Source: an uncultured Candidatus Saccharibacteria bacterium (GTDB lineage: Bacteria; Patescibacteriota; Saccharimonadia; Saccharimonadales; EFPC-124). From it: a stretch of 64,000 nt of DNA. The notes beneath the pieces were generated by a model that worked only from the letters and a program-made list of their open reading frames with translations, was not told where the DNA came from and ran no database searches. Location of the stretch: contig CAZJVU010000001.1 of NCBI GenBank assembly GCA_964550035.1, positions 19,990 to 83,989 of the forward strand, written 5' to 3'. The position numbers were made by a program, and so were the translations under genes. Shown here one piece after another: positions 56,372 to 64,000 of this stretch (the stretch's first letter is position 1; the number at the start of each line of letters is the position of its first letter).

Positions 56372-56435
56372 GCTGTCCTCCTCGAGTCGGGAACAATGCT
56401 GCCTCTCGGCCTAGGCCCAGTATATCGTAAAAGTA

Positions 56436-56846
56436 TTACTGGTTTCGGCTGGTCTTTGTGTAGTCGGCTTCGTGTTCGAGATTCGCGCGAAGGGTGTAGC
56501 TTTTGCATTTGCCGTCAGTACAATCTTTGGGATCATAGCTGTAGTCGGAGTTTTGTTCGCCAATAGCAACGTCTTCTGGATCTTTGAGCGTACTTGGGTC
56601 AAGACCTTTCAGCTGGTCGGCGGTAAGCTTCTGGGGGTACGTGTGATTAGCCGCGTAATAGACGTCCTCAAGATTGTAGTAGATGGCATTAATGGCCGTT
56701 TTACGAGCTGAGTCACGAGCTTGTACCTCGAGATCACGTTTCTGAACGTAGAAAACAGTACCAGCAATCAGCACAAAAACAATTGCGATAATAAGTTCCA
56801 GGACGGTAAAGCCGCGCTGCGATGATGTAGTCCTCACTTGAAGCAT
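56436..56846 (-). CDS. Type IV pilin-like protein (prepilin N-terminal cleavage/methylation domain)
   Basis: QRGFTVLELIIAIVFVLIAG is the class III signal: G/F cleavage site, E at +5 and a hydrophobic helix. 136 aa. Confidence 0.85.
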   Translation of the reverse strand: MLQVRTTSSQRGFTVLELIIAIVFVLIAGTVFYVQKRDLEVQARDSARKTAINAIYYNLEDVYYAANHTYPQKLTADQLKGLDPSTLKDPEDVAIGEQNSDYSYDPKDCTDGKCKSYTLRANLEHEADYTKTSRNQ

Positions 56847-56912
56847 CTCCTTTTATATTCATTATACCCATAATCTCCTAAAAGTGAGCGGTGTTTGTTC
56901 TATAATAGAACT

Positions 56913-57536
56913 ATGCTACTTCCGCGAGATCGATTGTTGAGCCTGCCGATCATGAGTTTGCAGACGGGTACACAGATTGGTACGGCTGTGGGCCATATCG
57001 TTGACCCTAGGCGTCTTAATATTGTGGCGTTTTACTGCGAAGGGCCGCTTATCGATTTTAGCCCCGCGATCTTACACGTCACGGATATTCGAGAGTTTAG
57101 CAGCATTGGACTTATTGTCGACAGCGCCGATAACCTCATGCCGCCTGATGATTTGGTGCGGCTCAAAGAAATCCTCGACTACCACTTTGAGCTTGAGGGC
57201 AAACAGGTTATCGAAGAGAATGGGCACAAGCTGGGAAAGGTTGGGAGCTATACAGTCGAGAGCGAGTCGTTCTATATTATGAAGTTGCAAGTCAAGCCCA
57301 CGCTTCTGCAGAGTTTTGGTCAATCAGAGCTACTCATCGACCGTACGCAAATTAGCGAGATAAACGACAGACAGATTGTCGTACGTCGCGCAACAGTACA
57401 TGATGAAGAAAAGACCGCGCGTTTTGCGCCAATCCCACCTATAGACAACCCGTTCCGCAAGGCACCACATGGCATGCCCGAGGCGCACCAGTCGCACAAG
57501 AAAAAGAAAACAGTCGAAGACTTACACGGAGCGTAG
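56913..57536 (+). CDS. PRC-barrel domain protein (two PRC-like modules)
   Basis: 207 aa from ATG 56913, 6 nt after TATAAT (56901-56906), so probably leaderless. SLPIMSLQTGTQIGTAVGHIVDP and GKQVIEENGHKLGKVGSYTVE resemble PRC-barrel cores. Confidence 0.45.
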   Translation: MLLPRDRLLSLPIMSLQTGTQIGTAVGHIVDPRRLNIVAFYCEGPLIDFSPAILHVTDIREFSSIGLIVDSADNLMPPDDLVRLKEILDYHFELEGKQVIEENGHKLGKVGSYTVESESFYIMKLQVKPTLLQSFGQSELLIDRTQISEINDRQIVVRRATVHDEEKTARFAPIPPIDNPFRKAPHGMPEAHQSHKKKKTVEDLHGA

Positions 57537-57552
57537 GGCAGAGTGGAAGGCC

Positions 57553-57589
57553 GGGCTGGATGGGCCTCACTTGGCATGCCACCCAGCCC
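57553..57589. terminator. GC-rich hairpin between the convergent PRC-barrel gene and recX
   Basis: GGGCTGG...CCAGCCC outer stem enclosing the palindrome TGGCATGCCA. Confidence 0.45.
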
Positions 57590-57635
57590 AGCCGCTTATG
57601 ACGAGTCGCACGGCAGCGATGCTCGTGCGATTAGT

Positions 57636-58250
57636 TTAATCTTCGATGCTCACTTCCGCTAGTGTACTTTTTATAACATCGTAGCTAAACCCCTGTCGGG
57701 CGAGATATTGCATAAGTTTTTGCTCGTCTTGATAGCGGGTTTGGCGGCGTTTCTTGGTAATAATCTCACGTAGCGCTTCGTGCTCATCATAGTCGCCGTC
57801 GCCAGTAATGGCCTGCTCGATAAGCTCGCTGGCAACTCCTTTTTGGATAAGTTCGGCTTGGAGGCGACGTTTACTGACGGGTTTGGTGAGCTGCCGTGCA
57901 CGCACCCAACTTTTGGCGAATGCGGCGTCGTCTAAGTATCCCCGCGATTCTAGCTTTTGGATGATCTGGTCGCCCATTCCCGGGTCGGCTTTCTTGCGCC
58001 AAAAATAATCACGCACTTCACGAATTGACCGAGGACGGATCATGACATAGTTCATGACCCGCTCGAATAATTTGCCGTAGTCACTGGCTTTTTTGAATTC
58101 TTCGAGCTGTTGCTCGCCGATCTCCATGCCGCTGTGGAGTCTCAAATCAAGAAGTTGGGACTGGGCCAGGCTAAATGAGTACTTGCCGTCAAGATACACC
58201 GAGACCCGCTCGGTGTTCTTGACTTGGGCTTTAATCGCTGTGATTTTCAT
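57636..58250 (-). CDS. recX: RecA regulator RecX
   Basis: 204 aa downstream of recA. VSVYLDGKYSFSL..., LESRGYLDDAAFAKSWV and repeated three-helix modules are typical of RecX. Confidence 0.88.
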   Translation of the reverse strand: MKITAIKAQVKNTERVSVYLDGKYSFSLAQSQLLDLRLHSGMEIGEQQLEEFKKASDYGKLFERVMNYVMIRPRSIREVRDYFWRKKADPGMGDQIIQKLESRGYLDDAAFAKSWVRARQLTKPVSKRRLQAELIQKGVASELIEQAITGDGDYDEHEALREIITKKRRQTRYQDEQKLMQYLARQGFSYDVIKSTLAEVSIED

Positions 58251-58352
58251 AGGCCAGCTTGATCGCTCGCTTATAGAGATTGGGCAAGTTGAGGAGGGAT
58301 AGCGTGTCCCAGGTATCAGTCATGATTCGTCCTGGTTCGGTAATCATGCTGC

Positions 58353-59405
58353 CTACAGCGCGTTCTCGGCGGCCACCTTGTCGCGGACGAGTTTGTCTAT
58401 CTCGCTCATGACGTCGGCATGCTCCTTGAGGTACACCTTCGCCGCTTCGCGACCCTGACCGATCTTGCCGTCTTTATAATCGAACCAAGCGCCAGACTTA
58501 CCAACCACGCCATGCTGGACGGCAAGGTCGAGAACGTCTCCACTCGCCGAGATGCCTTCATTGTACATGATGTCGAATTCGGCTTGGCGGAATGGCGGCG
58601 CGATCTTGTTCTTGACGACCTTCACTTTGGTGCGGTTGCCGATGACCTCTTCGCCGACCTTTATCTGGCCAGTACGACGGATGTCCAAACGAACAGAGGC
58701 GTAGAACTTCAGCGCGTTACCGCCGGTAGTAGTCTCTGGGTTGCCGAACATGACACCGATCTTCATGCGAATCTGGTTGATGAAAATGATAGTCGCTTTG
58801 CTCTTGTTGATGATGCCGGTCAGTTTACGCAGCGCCTGACTCATCAAACGTGCCTGAAGGCCCATGTGGCTGTCGCCCATTTCGCCTTCGATCTCTGCCT
58901 GAGGAACAAGCGCCGCAACAGAGTCGACAACGATGAGATCGACGGCATTACTGCGAACCAGTGTCTCAACGATCTCGAGTGCTTGTTCGCCGTTGTCCGG
59001 CTGCGAAATCAGCAAGTTGCTCGTATCAACGCCTAGCTTTTTGGCGTAGACGGGGTCAAGCGCGTGCTCGGCGTCGATGAACGCTGCCGTGCCACCGTTG
59101 CGCTGCACTTCGGCGATTGCATGGAGTGTCAATGTCGTCTTACCGGAGCTTTCTGGGCCGTAGATTTCGATAATGCGACCCTTCGGATAGCCGCCACCGA
59201 GTGCCAGGTCCAAGCTCAGCGCGCCCGAAGAGACGAGCTCTACATCCGCTTTATGCGATTCGCCCAGCTTCATGATTGCGCCGTTACCAAACTGCTTCTC
59301 AATCTGTTCCATTGCGAGGCCAAGTGCCTTCAGTTTTCCAGTGTCAGCGGTTGGGGCGGCGGCTTTTTCGGTCTGTTTGTCTTCAGCTTTTTTCTTATCG
59401 GCCAT
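58353..59405 (-). CDS. recA: Recombinase RecA
   Basis: [23 protein letters not shown], Walker [11 protein letters not shown], and the L1/L2 regions. 350 aa. Confidence 0.99.
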   Translation of the reverse strand: MADKKKAEDKQTEKAAAPTADTGKLKALGLAMEQIEKQFGNGAIMKLGESHKADVELVSSGALSLDLALGGGYPKGRIIEIYGPESSGKTTLTLHAIAEVQRNGGTAAFIDAEHALDPVYAKKLGVDTSNLLISQPDNGEQALEIVETLVRSNAVDLIVVDSVAALVPQAEIEGEMGDSHMGLQARLMSQALRKLTGIINKSKATIIFINQIRMKIGVMFGNPETTTGGNALKFYASVRLDIRRTGQIKVGEEVIGNRTKVKVVKNKIAPPFRQAEFDIMYNEGISASGDVLDLAVQHGVVGKSGAWFDYKDGKIGQGREAAKVYLKEHADVMSEIDKLVRDKVAAENAL

Positions 59406-59604
59406 AGTTAGTTTCCCTCACTTTCTTCCTTACTAATTATACCTGTTACGGGGTGTGGATAGAAGTGTGCAGGGGCAGAATATGGTGCGCTGCGGGGTGC
59501 CGTCAAGTTTTTGTCCGGAATTAGTTTCGCGAACATTGGTAGATTGTTGTATTTTGCGCAATCTGCTTTACATGCTGGGGCAAGGTTTTGAATAATTCCA
59601 GCTC

Positions 59605-61008
59605 ATGAAGTACTTACCCCGAATCACTGGCCTATGCCTCGCTCTACTCGTGGCAGTTTTAAGTAGTAGCGTTCCAGTAATTGCAGCAGAAGAATCGCCC
59701 AAACATATTATTTTCGCAGAGGTCTCGCCAGAGGCTAAAGACTCGGCAAGTAAAGAATATATCGTTCTGTATAATCCCAATGCAGTAGCGGTAGATGTCG
59801 CGGGCTGGGCTGTGCAGTATAGGAGCGCGAGCCACAAACCTGATGACTCGAGCGGTTGGACGACGAAGGCTATTATTGGTTGTCAATCAACAAAGCAGTC
59901 GGACTGTACGAATCCGGCTACGACTACTATTTCTCCTGGTGAGACGCTGCGGCTCTCGAGTTTTGAGACTGGCGATGGTGTTGTGCCACTTGCCTCAGGA
60001 ATGGCTACGAGTGGTGGTGAAGTACGACTTGTGGCGACCCTTGGCGATAGCCAGATGCTTCAAGATATGGTGGGCTACGGTGACGCTGCGGACTACGAAG
60101 GGAAGGCTGCAATATCCCCAAAGGCTGGGCAAAGTATCGTGCGGGCGCATGACGAGACAGGGGCGTTCATAGACACCGACCATAACGATACTGATTTTGT
60201 GCTATCACCAGATGAAGACGACGACGTACCGCCGCCAGCGCAAGAGCCGGGTGATGAAAATACCGCTCCAGGCCAAGGAGCGGGAGATCCTCCAGTAATC
60301 TACCAGTCGGCTGAAATCACAGAGGTATTTCCGGATCCGGCGACGCCACAGCTCGATAGCGCTGATGAGTTTATAGAGCTGTACAATCCTTATGCAGAAG
60401 AGCTCAGCCTGAAAGGGTATGTGCTTATGACCGGCGCCGACTGGACGCACAAATACACCATAGGCGATGTAGCCGTTGATCCGTACGGATATATAGCACT
60501 TACCTCAGCGCAGACGCATCTCTCGCTGAGTAACACAGGCAGCGGCGTACGACTCTATGACCCCTCGGGTAATCTACTGTCTGAAGCGCCATCGTACGGA
60601 AAGGCGCAAACAGGGAGCAGCTGGGCAAAGAACACCAATGGTCAATGGATTTGGACGACGACGCCAACCCCGGGCGCTCAAAATGCCATTGATACTCCGG
60701 CGCAAACACCTCCAAGTCCCAAGGCGGCCGCCAGCTCAGCAGCCAAAAAGTCGACGACAAAGGCTGCGAGTGCGCCAAAAGCCACAAAGGCTTCGTCGTC
60801 CAAGGCGGTGACCTCTGCGGTAAAAGGTGCAGCAACAACGGCGCACCCTGGCACTGGCGGGGCCGATGGGAATCAGATCGGCATGTGGGCGCTTGCAGGA
60901 GCAGGCACACTTGGCGTTGGGTACGCGCTGTATGAGTACAGGCAGGAAATCGGTGGATTTGCGAGGCGCAGGTGGCAGACAGTAGCGGGCCTTATGGGGA
61001 GAAAGTAA
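59605..61008 (+). CDS. Secreted, C-terminally anchored protein with two lamin-tail (LTD) domains
   Basis: Has a signal peptide. Two LTD-like cores (IIFAEVSPE...EYIVLYNPNAVAVDVAGWAV and ITEVFPDP...EFIELYNPYAEELSLKGYVL), a Pro/Ala/Ser-rich linker, and a C-terminal TM span. Confidence 0.65.
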   Translation: MKYLPRITGLCLALLVAVLSSSVPVIAAEESPKHIIFAEVSPEAKDSASKEYIVLYNPNAVAVDVAGWAVQYRSASHKPDDSSGWTTKAIIGCQSTKQSDCTNPATTTISPGETLRLSSFETGDGVVPLASGMATSGGEVRLVATLGDSQMLQDMVGYGDAADYEGKAAISPKAGQSIVRAHDETGAFIDTDHNDTDFVLSPDEDDDVPPPAQEPGDENTAPGQGAGDPPVIYQSAEITEVFPDPATPQLDSADEFIELYNPYAEELSLKGYVLMTGADWTHKYTIGDVAVDPYGYIALTSAQTHLSLSNTGSGVRLYDPSGNLLSEAPSYGKAQTGSSWAKNTNGQWIWTTTPTPGAQNAIDTPAQTPPSPKAAASSAAKKSTTKAASAPKATKASSSKAVTSAVKGAATTAHPGTGGADGNQIGMWALAGAGTLGVGYALYEYRQEIGGFARRRWQTVAGLMGRK

Positions 61009-61011
61009 GCC

Positions 61012-61485
61012 CTACTTATTAAAACTTTCTTTCACATAAGGATGATCGGGATTGGTTTCTTGGTACGCCTTGAGGGTAAATCCATGACAGGGCACGTCAC
61101 CCCCGTTACCTGTACAGTTGTCTGGCGTGGTTACATACTGGTACTGAGTGGCTGCCGATGCATTTCCACTTTGAACTGTGCCGTTGCTGCTGTCGTAGAG
61201 CCAATCGTTAGTGAAGCCCGGTAGGTTAGTGGCTATGAAGCCGTTCGGTGATGTGTCAGTCAGCTGCATGATTGTCGGGTAGCTGCCATTGCAGGTGTCT
61301 TTATTACTCCAGCAGTTCTCGAGTTGCTTAGAGATATTATCGATATCGCTACGGCGAGTGGCGTCGCGGGACTTGGCTTGCACGGTTTGGAGGCTATTAA
61401 GAATGAGTACCGCCAGGATCCCCAAAACGACGAGTACAATAACGACCTCTATCACCGTAAAGCCCGTAGATTGTTTGTGCTTCAT
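61012..61485 (-). CDS. Type IV pilin-like protein
   Basis: From ATG 61485: MKHKQSTGFTVIEVVIVLVVLGILAVL, a class III signal with E+5. 157 aa. The start is 1 nt after the PilB-like stop. Confidence 0.85.
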   Translation of the reverse strand: MKHKQSTGFTVIEVVIVLVVLGILAVLILNSLQTVQAKSRDATRRSDIDNISKQLENCWSNKDTCNGSYPTIMQLTDTSPNGFIATNLPGFTNDWLYDSSNGTVQSGNASAATQYQYVTTPDNCTGNGGDVPCHGFTLKAYQETNPDHPYVKESFNK

Positions 61486-61486
61486 G

Positions 61487-62851
61487 CTACACCTCTGTCG
61501 CGCTAGCAACTTCATCAACGCTCGTGAGGCCAAGCAGTACCTTCACTAAACCGTCCATCTGCATGGTCGGCATACCCTGTTGGACTGCTTGATCTTGGAT
61601 AACTTGCGCCGTGGCGTTTCCGAGAATGAGCTGTTGAATGTTTTCATTCATCTCGAGAACTTCATGAATTCCTAGGCTGCCTTTATACCCAGTGTGACTG
61701 CACTCGGCGCAGCCGTCCTTCGAGGCACGGTAGAGGTTAGTGATCGGACCTTGATCGGTGCTTGATGCGCCAACGACGACTTTTTCTTCCAGCGCTTGCT
61801 GCTCTAGTTCGCGAACGCGCTGAAGCTGGGCGGCGGTACGGATGCCAAGGCTCTTCAGGATGCCGATCATTTCTTGCTCGCTTGGTGCGAAGATTTGCTT
61901 GCAGTTCTCGCAGAGCCGACGCACAACACGCTGACCGACGACTGCTTGAACGGTGTGTGCCACGAGATACGGTTCAATACCCGAGGCGAGTAGATAGCTC
62001 AGCGCGCCAGTGGCGTTGCCGGCATAAAGTCCCGCAAGGAGAAGTCGGCCAGAGAGCGCGCCCTCGATGCCCAAGCGGGCTGTCTCGGTATCGTGGATCG
62101 AGCTGACGAGCAAGACGTTGGCATCTTGTCTCAGGAGTGTTCGTAAACCGTTTGGAAAGGTGAGGCCAACCTTGACGTTCACCTGTGTTTGAGTCGCCCC
62201 GGGAATCCGGTATGAGATAGGGTCTTCGATAGTAGCAATACTGAGTTGTGGTGAACTCAGGTGGCTCAGCATACTGAACGCGCCTTCGGCTTGGCCGGAG
62301 TCGTGTGGTCCAGCGAGAAGCACAAGACCGCGCGGTTTGGTAATGGCGGCGCTTATTGCCTTGAGGTTTGGCCCCCAGTAGCCAAGCTCTTGAAGCTTCG
62401 GCGCTTTACCGCTGAGGCTCGTGAGTTGCACGACAGCCTTTTCGCCATCTTCGACGGGAATTGTGGCAACCTGTAGCTTGTAGGGCTTGCCCTGAACGGT
62501 CACTGTTGTAGCGGCTATGCGCGGAAGCGTTTCTTCTTCGTCGATTGGCACATGCACCAGAAGCTTCAGCCCGGCAACAAGCACGGGCGCAACAGCGCGT
62601 GGTAATGTCTGCGCCTCGGTAAGCACGCCGTCGATACGGTGGCGAATGCGTACGTCTTCGGCACGTGGCTCGATATGGATAGTGGCTGCGCCGGCGCGTA
62701 TTCCAGCCGCCAAAATAGAGGCAACAAGCTCAGTTACTTCGGTCGGCGTGTTCTTCTTGCTACGCGAGCTTGACGCAAGATCACCGATGGAGATCTTTTC
62801 CGCTCGTTTGAGAAGCTTGCTCAGTGGTGCGCTCGTGGTCCCTTTTGCCAT
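61487..62851 (-). CDS. PilB/GspE-family protein with degenerate ATPase motifs (putative pseudo-ATPase)
   Basis: Colinear with GspE/PilB and retains the tetracysteine cluster (CENC...CAEC). The catalytic motifs are degenerate: Walker A is GPHDSGQA (canonical GPTGSGKT), Walker B region is VSSIHD (VGEIRD), and His-box is LAGLYAG (STLHTN). Confidence 0.75.
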   Translation of the reverse strand: MAKGTTSAPLSKLLKRAEKISIGDLASSSRSKKNTPTEVTELVASILAAGIRAGAATIHIEPRAEDVRIRHRIDGVLTEAQTLPRAVAPVLVAGLKLLVHVPIDEEETLPRIAATTVTVQGKPYKLQVATIPVEDGEKAVVQLTSLSGKAPKLQELGYWGPNLKAISAAITKPRGLVLLAGPHDSGQAEGAFSMLSHLSSPQLSIATIEDPISYRIPGATQTQVNVKVGLTFPNGLRTLLRQDANVLLVSSIHDTETARLGIEGALSGRLLLAGLYAGNATGALSYLLASGIEPYLVAHTVQAVVGQRVVRRLCENCKQIFAPSEQEMIGILKSLGIRTAAQLQRVRELEQQALEEKVVVGASSTDQGPITNLYRASKDGCAECSHTGYKGSLGIHEVLEMNENIQQLILGNATAQVIQDQAVQQGMPTMQMDGLVKVLLGLTSVDEVASATEV

Positions 62852-62913
62852 AGTTGCTTACTATTGTAAAGAATTTTGGTCGGTAATGCTAATGGTTTTA
62901 TTTGCGGCTTAGC

Positions 62914-62942
62914 TTGAAATAAAGCACATTTGATGGTAACAT
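62914..62942 (+). promoter_or_regulatory. Sigma70-like promoter for 62974..63264
   Basis: TTGAAA, 17-nt spacer, TAACAT. Confidence 0.45.
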
Positions 62943-62973
62943 TTGCAAGTTCAGAAACGTCTGAGGAGGAATA

Positions 62974-63264
62974 GTGACGCTCTATCCACCACAAATCAGC
63001 GTGGAAGACGGGAAGCGCCTGAAGATCTACACGTTCGGCGGCGTGGCTCGTGACAGGTGGAACGCCGTGAAAGAGGCGGCTCAAGCCGTCCCGGGTGTGA
63101 CTCGCATCGATGGCGACTTCGAGTCGGGAGTTGCTATGTGGGTGGGCTTCGGAGATGGCGCCGACCAGGAGGCTGCCGACGCCAGAATTCTGGCGCTCAT
63201 CCGCGCCGAGCTCCCCGACGACGTACCGTTCCGGAGGATTCCCTTTGAGGGTTTCGCGGACTGA
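62974..63264 (+). CDS. High-GC cassette: 96-aa acidic soluble protein, hypothetical
   Basis: GTG start after GAGGAGGAATA. High GC3. No family recognised. Confidence 0.55.
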   Translation: MTLYPPQISVEDGKRLKIYTFGGVARDRWNAVKEAAQAVPGVTRIDGDFESGVAMWVGFGDGADQEAADARILALIRAELPDDVPFRRIPFEGFAD

Positions 63265-63272
63265 CGGAGAAT

Positions 63273-63316
63273 CGATTTGGTGAGGGCTGAGCAAGCGCCC
63301 GGCCCTCACCAAATCG
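63273..63316 (+). terminator. GC-rich hairpin after cassette stop
   Basis: Perfect 15-bp stem CGATTTGGTGAGGGC/GCCCTCACCAAATCG with a 14-nt loop, 9 nt after the stop. Confidence 0.8.
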
Positions 63317-63349
63317 CTAAAAGTTACGATCATCCTTTATAATGTACAT

Positions 63350-63838
63350 ATGTCCGAATTCACGTTCAAAACCGACAATCTAGACCAGACCCAATCCCTC
63401 GCCCAAGCGCTCGGCCGAGTGCTCCGTGGTCGCGAAGTCATTGAACTTATTAGTGATGTTGGTGGCGGCAAAACGACATTCGTGAAGGGCCTGGCGCGTG
63501 GACTTGATATTCACGATACGGTGCAGAGTCCGACATTTACGATCAGTCGTATTTACAGCGGTCGCGACGATCTCGAACTTCATCATTTTGACTTCTATCG
63601 GTTAAACGAAGCTGGAATCGTAGCGGACGAGCTGGCTGAGTCATTGCAGCAACCAAATGCGATTGTCGCAGTCGAGTGGGGCGAAATTGTGCACGATGTG
63701 CTCCCACCACACAGGGTTACGATCCGGCTGACGAGTCTGGGCGACACGGAACGCAAGATAACTATCGTCACGCCCGAGGGCCTGACCTATATCGATGACA
63801 CATTGGCTAGCTTCGCCAGTTCGAGGCATCTAGCATGA
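63350..63838 (+). CDS. tsaE: tRNA t6A37 biosynthesis ATPase TsaE
   Basis: VIELISDVGGGKTTFVKGLARGL...VQSPTFTI...HFDFYRL are TsaE/YjeE signature blocks. TATAAT lies 6 nt upstream of the ATG, so it is likely leaderless. Confidence 0.9.
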   Translation: MSEFTFKTDNLDQTQSLAQALGRVLRGREVIELISDVGGGKTTFVKGLARGLDIHDTVQSPTFTISRIYSGRDDLELHHFDFYRLNEAGIVADELAESLQQPNAIVAVEWGEIVHDVLPPHRVTIRLTSLGDTERKITIVTPEGLTYIDDTLASFASSRHLA

Positions 63839-64000
63839 GCTATATTCTGACGATCCGCACCGACAAGCCAGAAGCTGAGGTCGGTATCTACAACATGGAC
63901 GGCGAGCAGCTCAGCTACTACACGTGGCAGGCGCACCGGCAGCTGAGCTCGACGCTGCTCGGCGTGATCCGCGATGAGCTGCAGAAGCAGAACGCAGTGT
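63835..64000 (+). CDS. tsaB: tRNA t6A37 biosynthesis protein TsaB (N-terminal fragment, runs off the window)
   Basis: ATGA overlap with tsaE. My translation is MSYILTIRTDKPEAEVGIYNMDGEQLSYYTWQAHRQLSSTLLGVIRDELQKQNAV, which fits the TsaB/YeaZ N-terminus. Confidence 0.7.
   Translation, partial: MSYILTIRTDKPEAEVGIYNMDGEQLSYYTWQAHRQLSSTLLGVIRDELQKQNAV

Noticed and set aside
53339-63838. Alternative genetic code (UGA read as Gly, as in some CPR lineages).
   Set aside because: TGA terminates conserved genes at their expected lengths, for example ruvA at 53340-53342 (ATGA overlap with ruvB) and tsaE at 63836-63838. No conserved gene shows an internal in-frame TGA.

Overview
64-kb chromosomal window using the standard genetic code. 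All calls come from reading the sequence and ORF track; no homology search was possible. The backbone is about 50% GC by my hand counts. Gene content suggests a reduced-genome, host-dependent bacterium of the CPR/Patescibacteria type, perhaps Saccharibacteria-like; this is inference only. Backbone genes, in order: a partial flavoprotein disulfide-reductase operon, tRNA-Met(CAT), two NUDIX hydrolases, a GH15-like hydrolase, a histidine phosphatase, tilS-ftsH, murJ, lepA, an HD hydrolase, a 2,985-aa repeat-rich surface protein, atpF-H-A-G-D-C, a cmk-like kinase, hrcA-grpE / dnaK / dnaJ with three CIRCE operators, a RimK cluster, DUF192, tRNA-Lys(TTT), comEC, yebC-ruvC / ruvA-ruvB, a PH-domain membrane protein, two type IV pilins, a PRC-barrel protein, recA-recX, a lamin-tail-domain protein, a PilB-like protein and tsaE-tsaB. 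I saw no rRNA, CRISPR array, transposase or integrase. Main points of interest: (1) About 18 small, visibly GC-richer ORFs (about 64-66% GC). Each has its own near-consensus promoter, a strong SD and a GC-rich hairpin right after the stop. They sit at junctions of normally contiguous operons (ftsH|murJ|lepA, grpE|dnaK|dnaJ, ruvC|ruvA, and after both tRNAs). (2) A 6-kb module of three paralogous HExxxH...EEG(L/F) (DUF1704/QEGLA, MATCAP-like) metallopeptidases followed by a RimB-like retropepsin and RimK. I read this as a candidate C-terminal polyglutamylation writer/eraser system. (3) An atp operon with no atpB/atpE. It is headed instead by a 281-aa secreted-domain protein whose C-terminal helical hairpin has a c-subunit-like RNP loop. 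(4) A PilB/GspE-family protein with Walker A, Walker B and His-box all degenerate, next to a pilin gene. (5) The giant tail-fibre-like/Kelch protein, which contains about 4.5 tandem 1.06-kb DNA repeats. Many start codons are judgement calls; coordinates were anchored on ORF-track boundaries.
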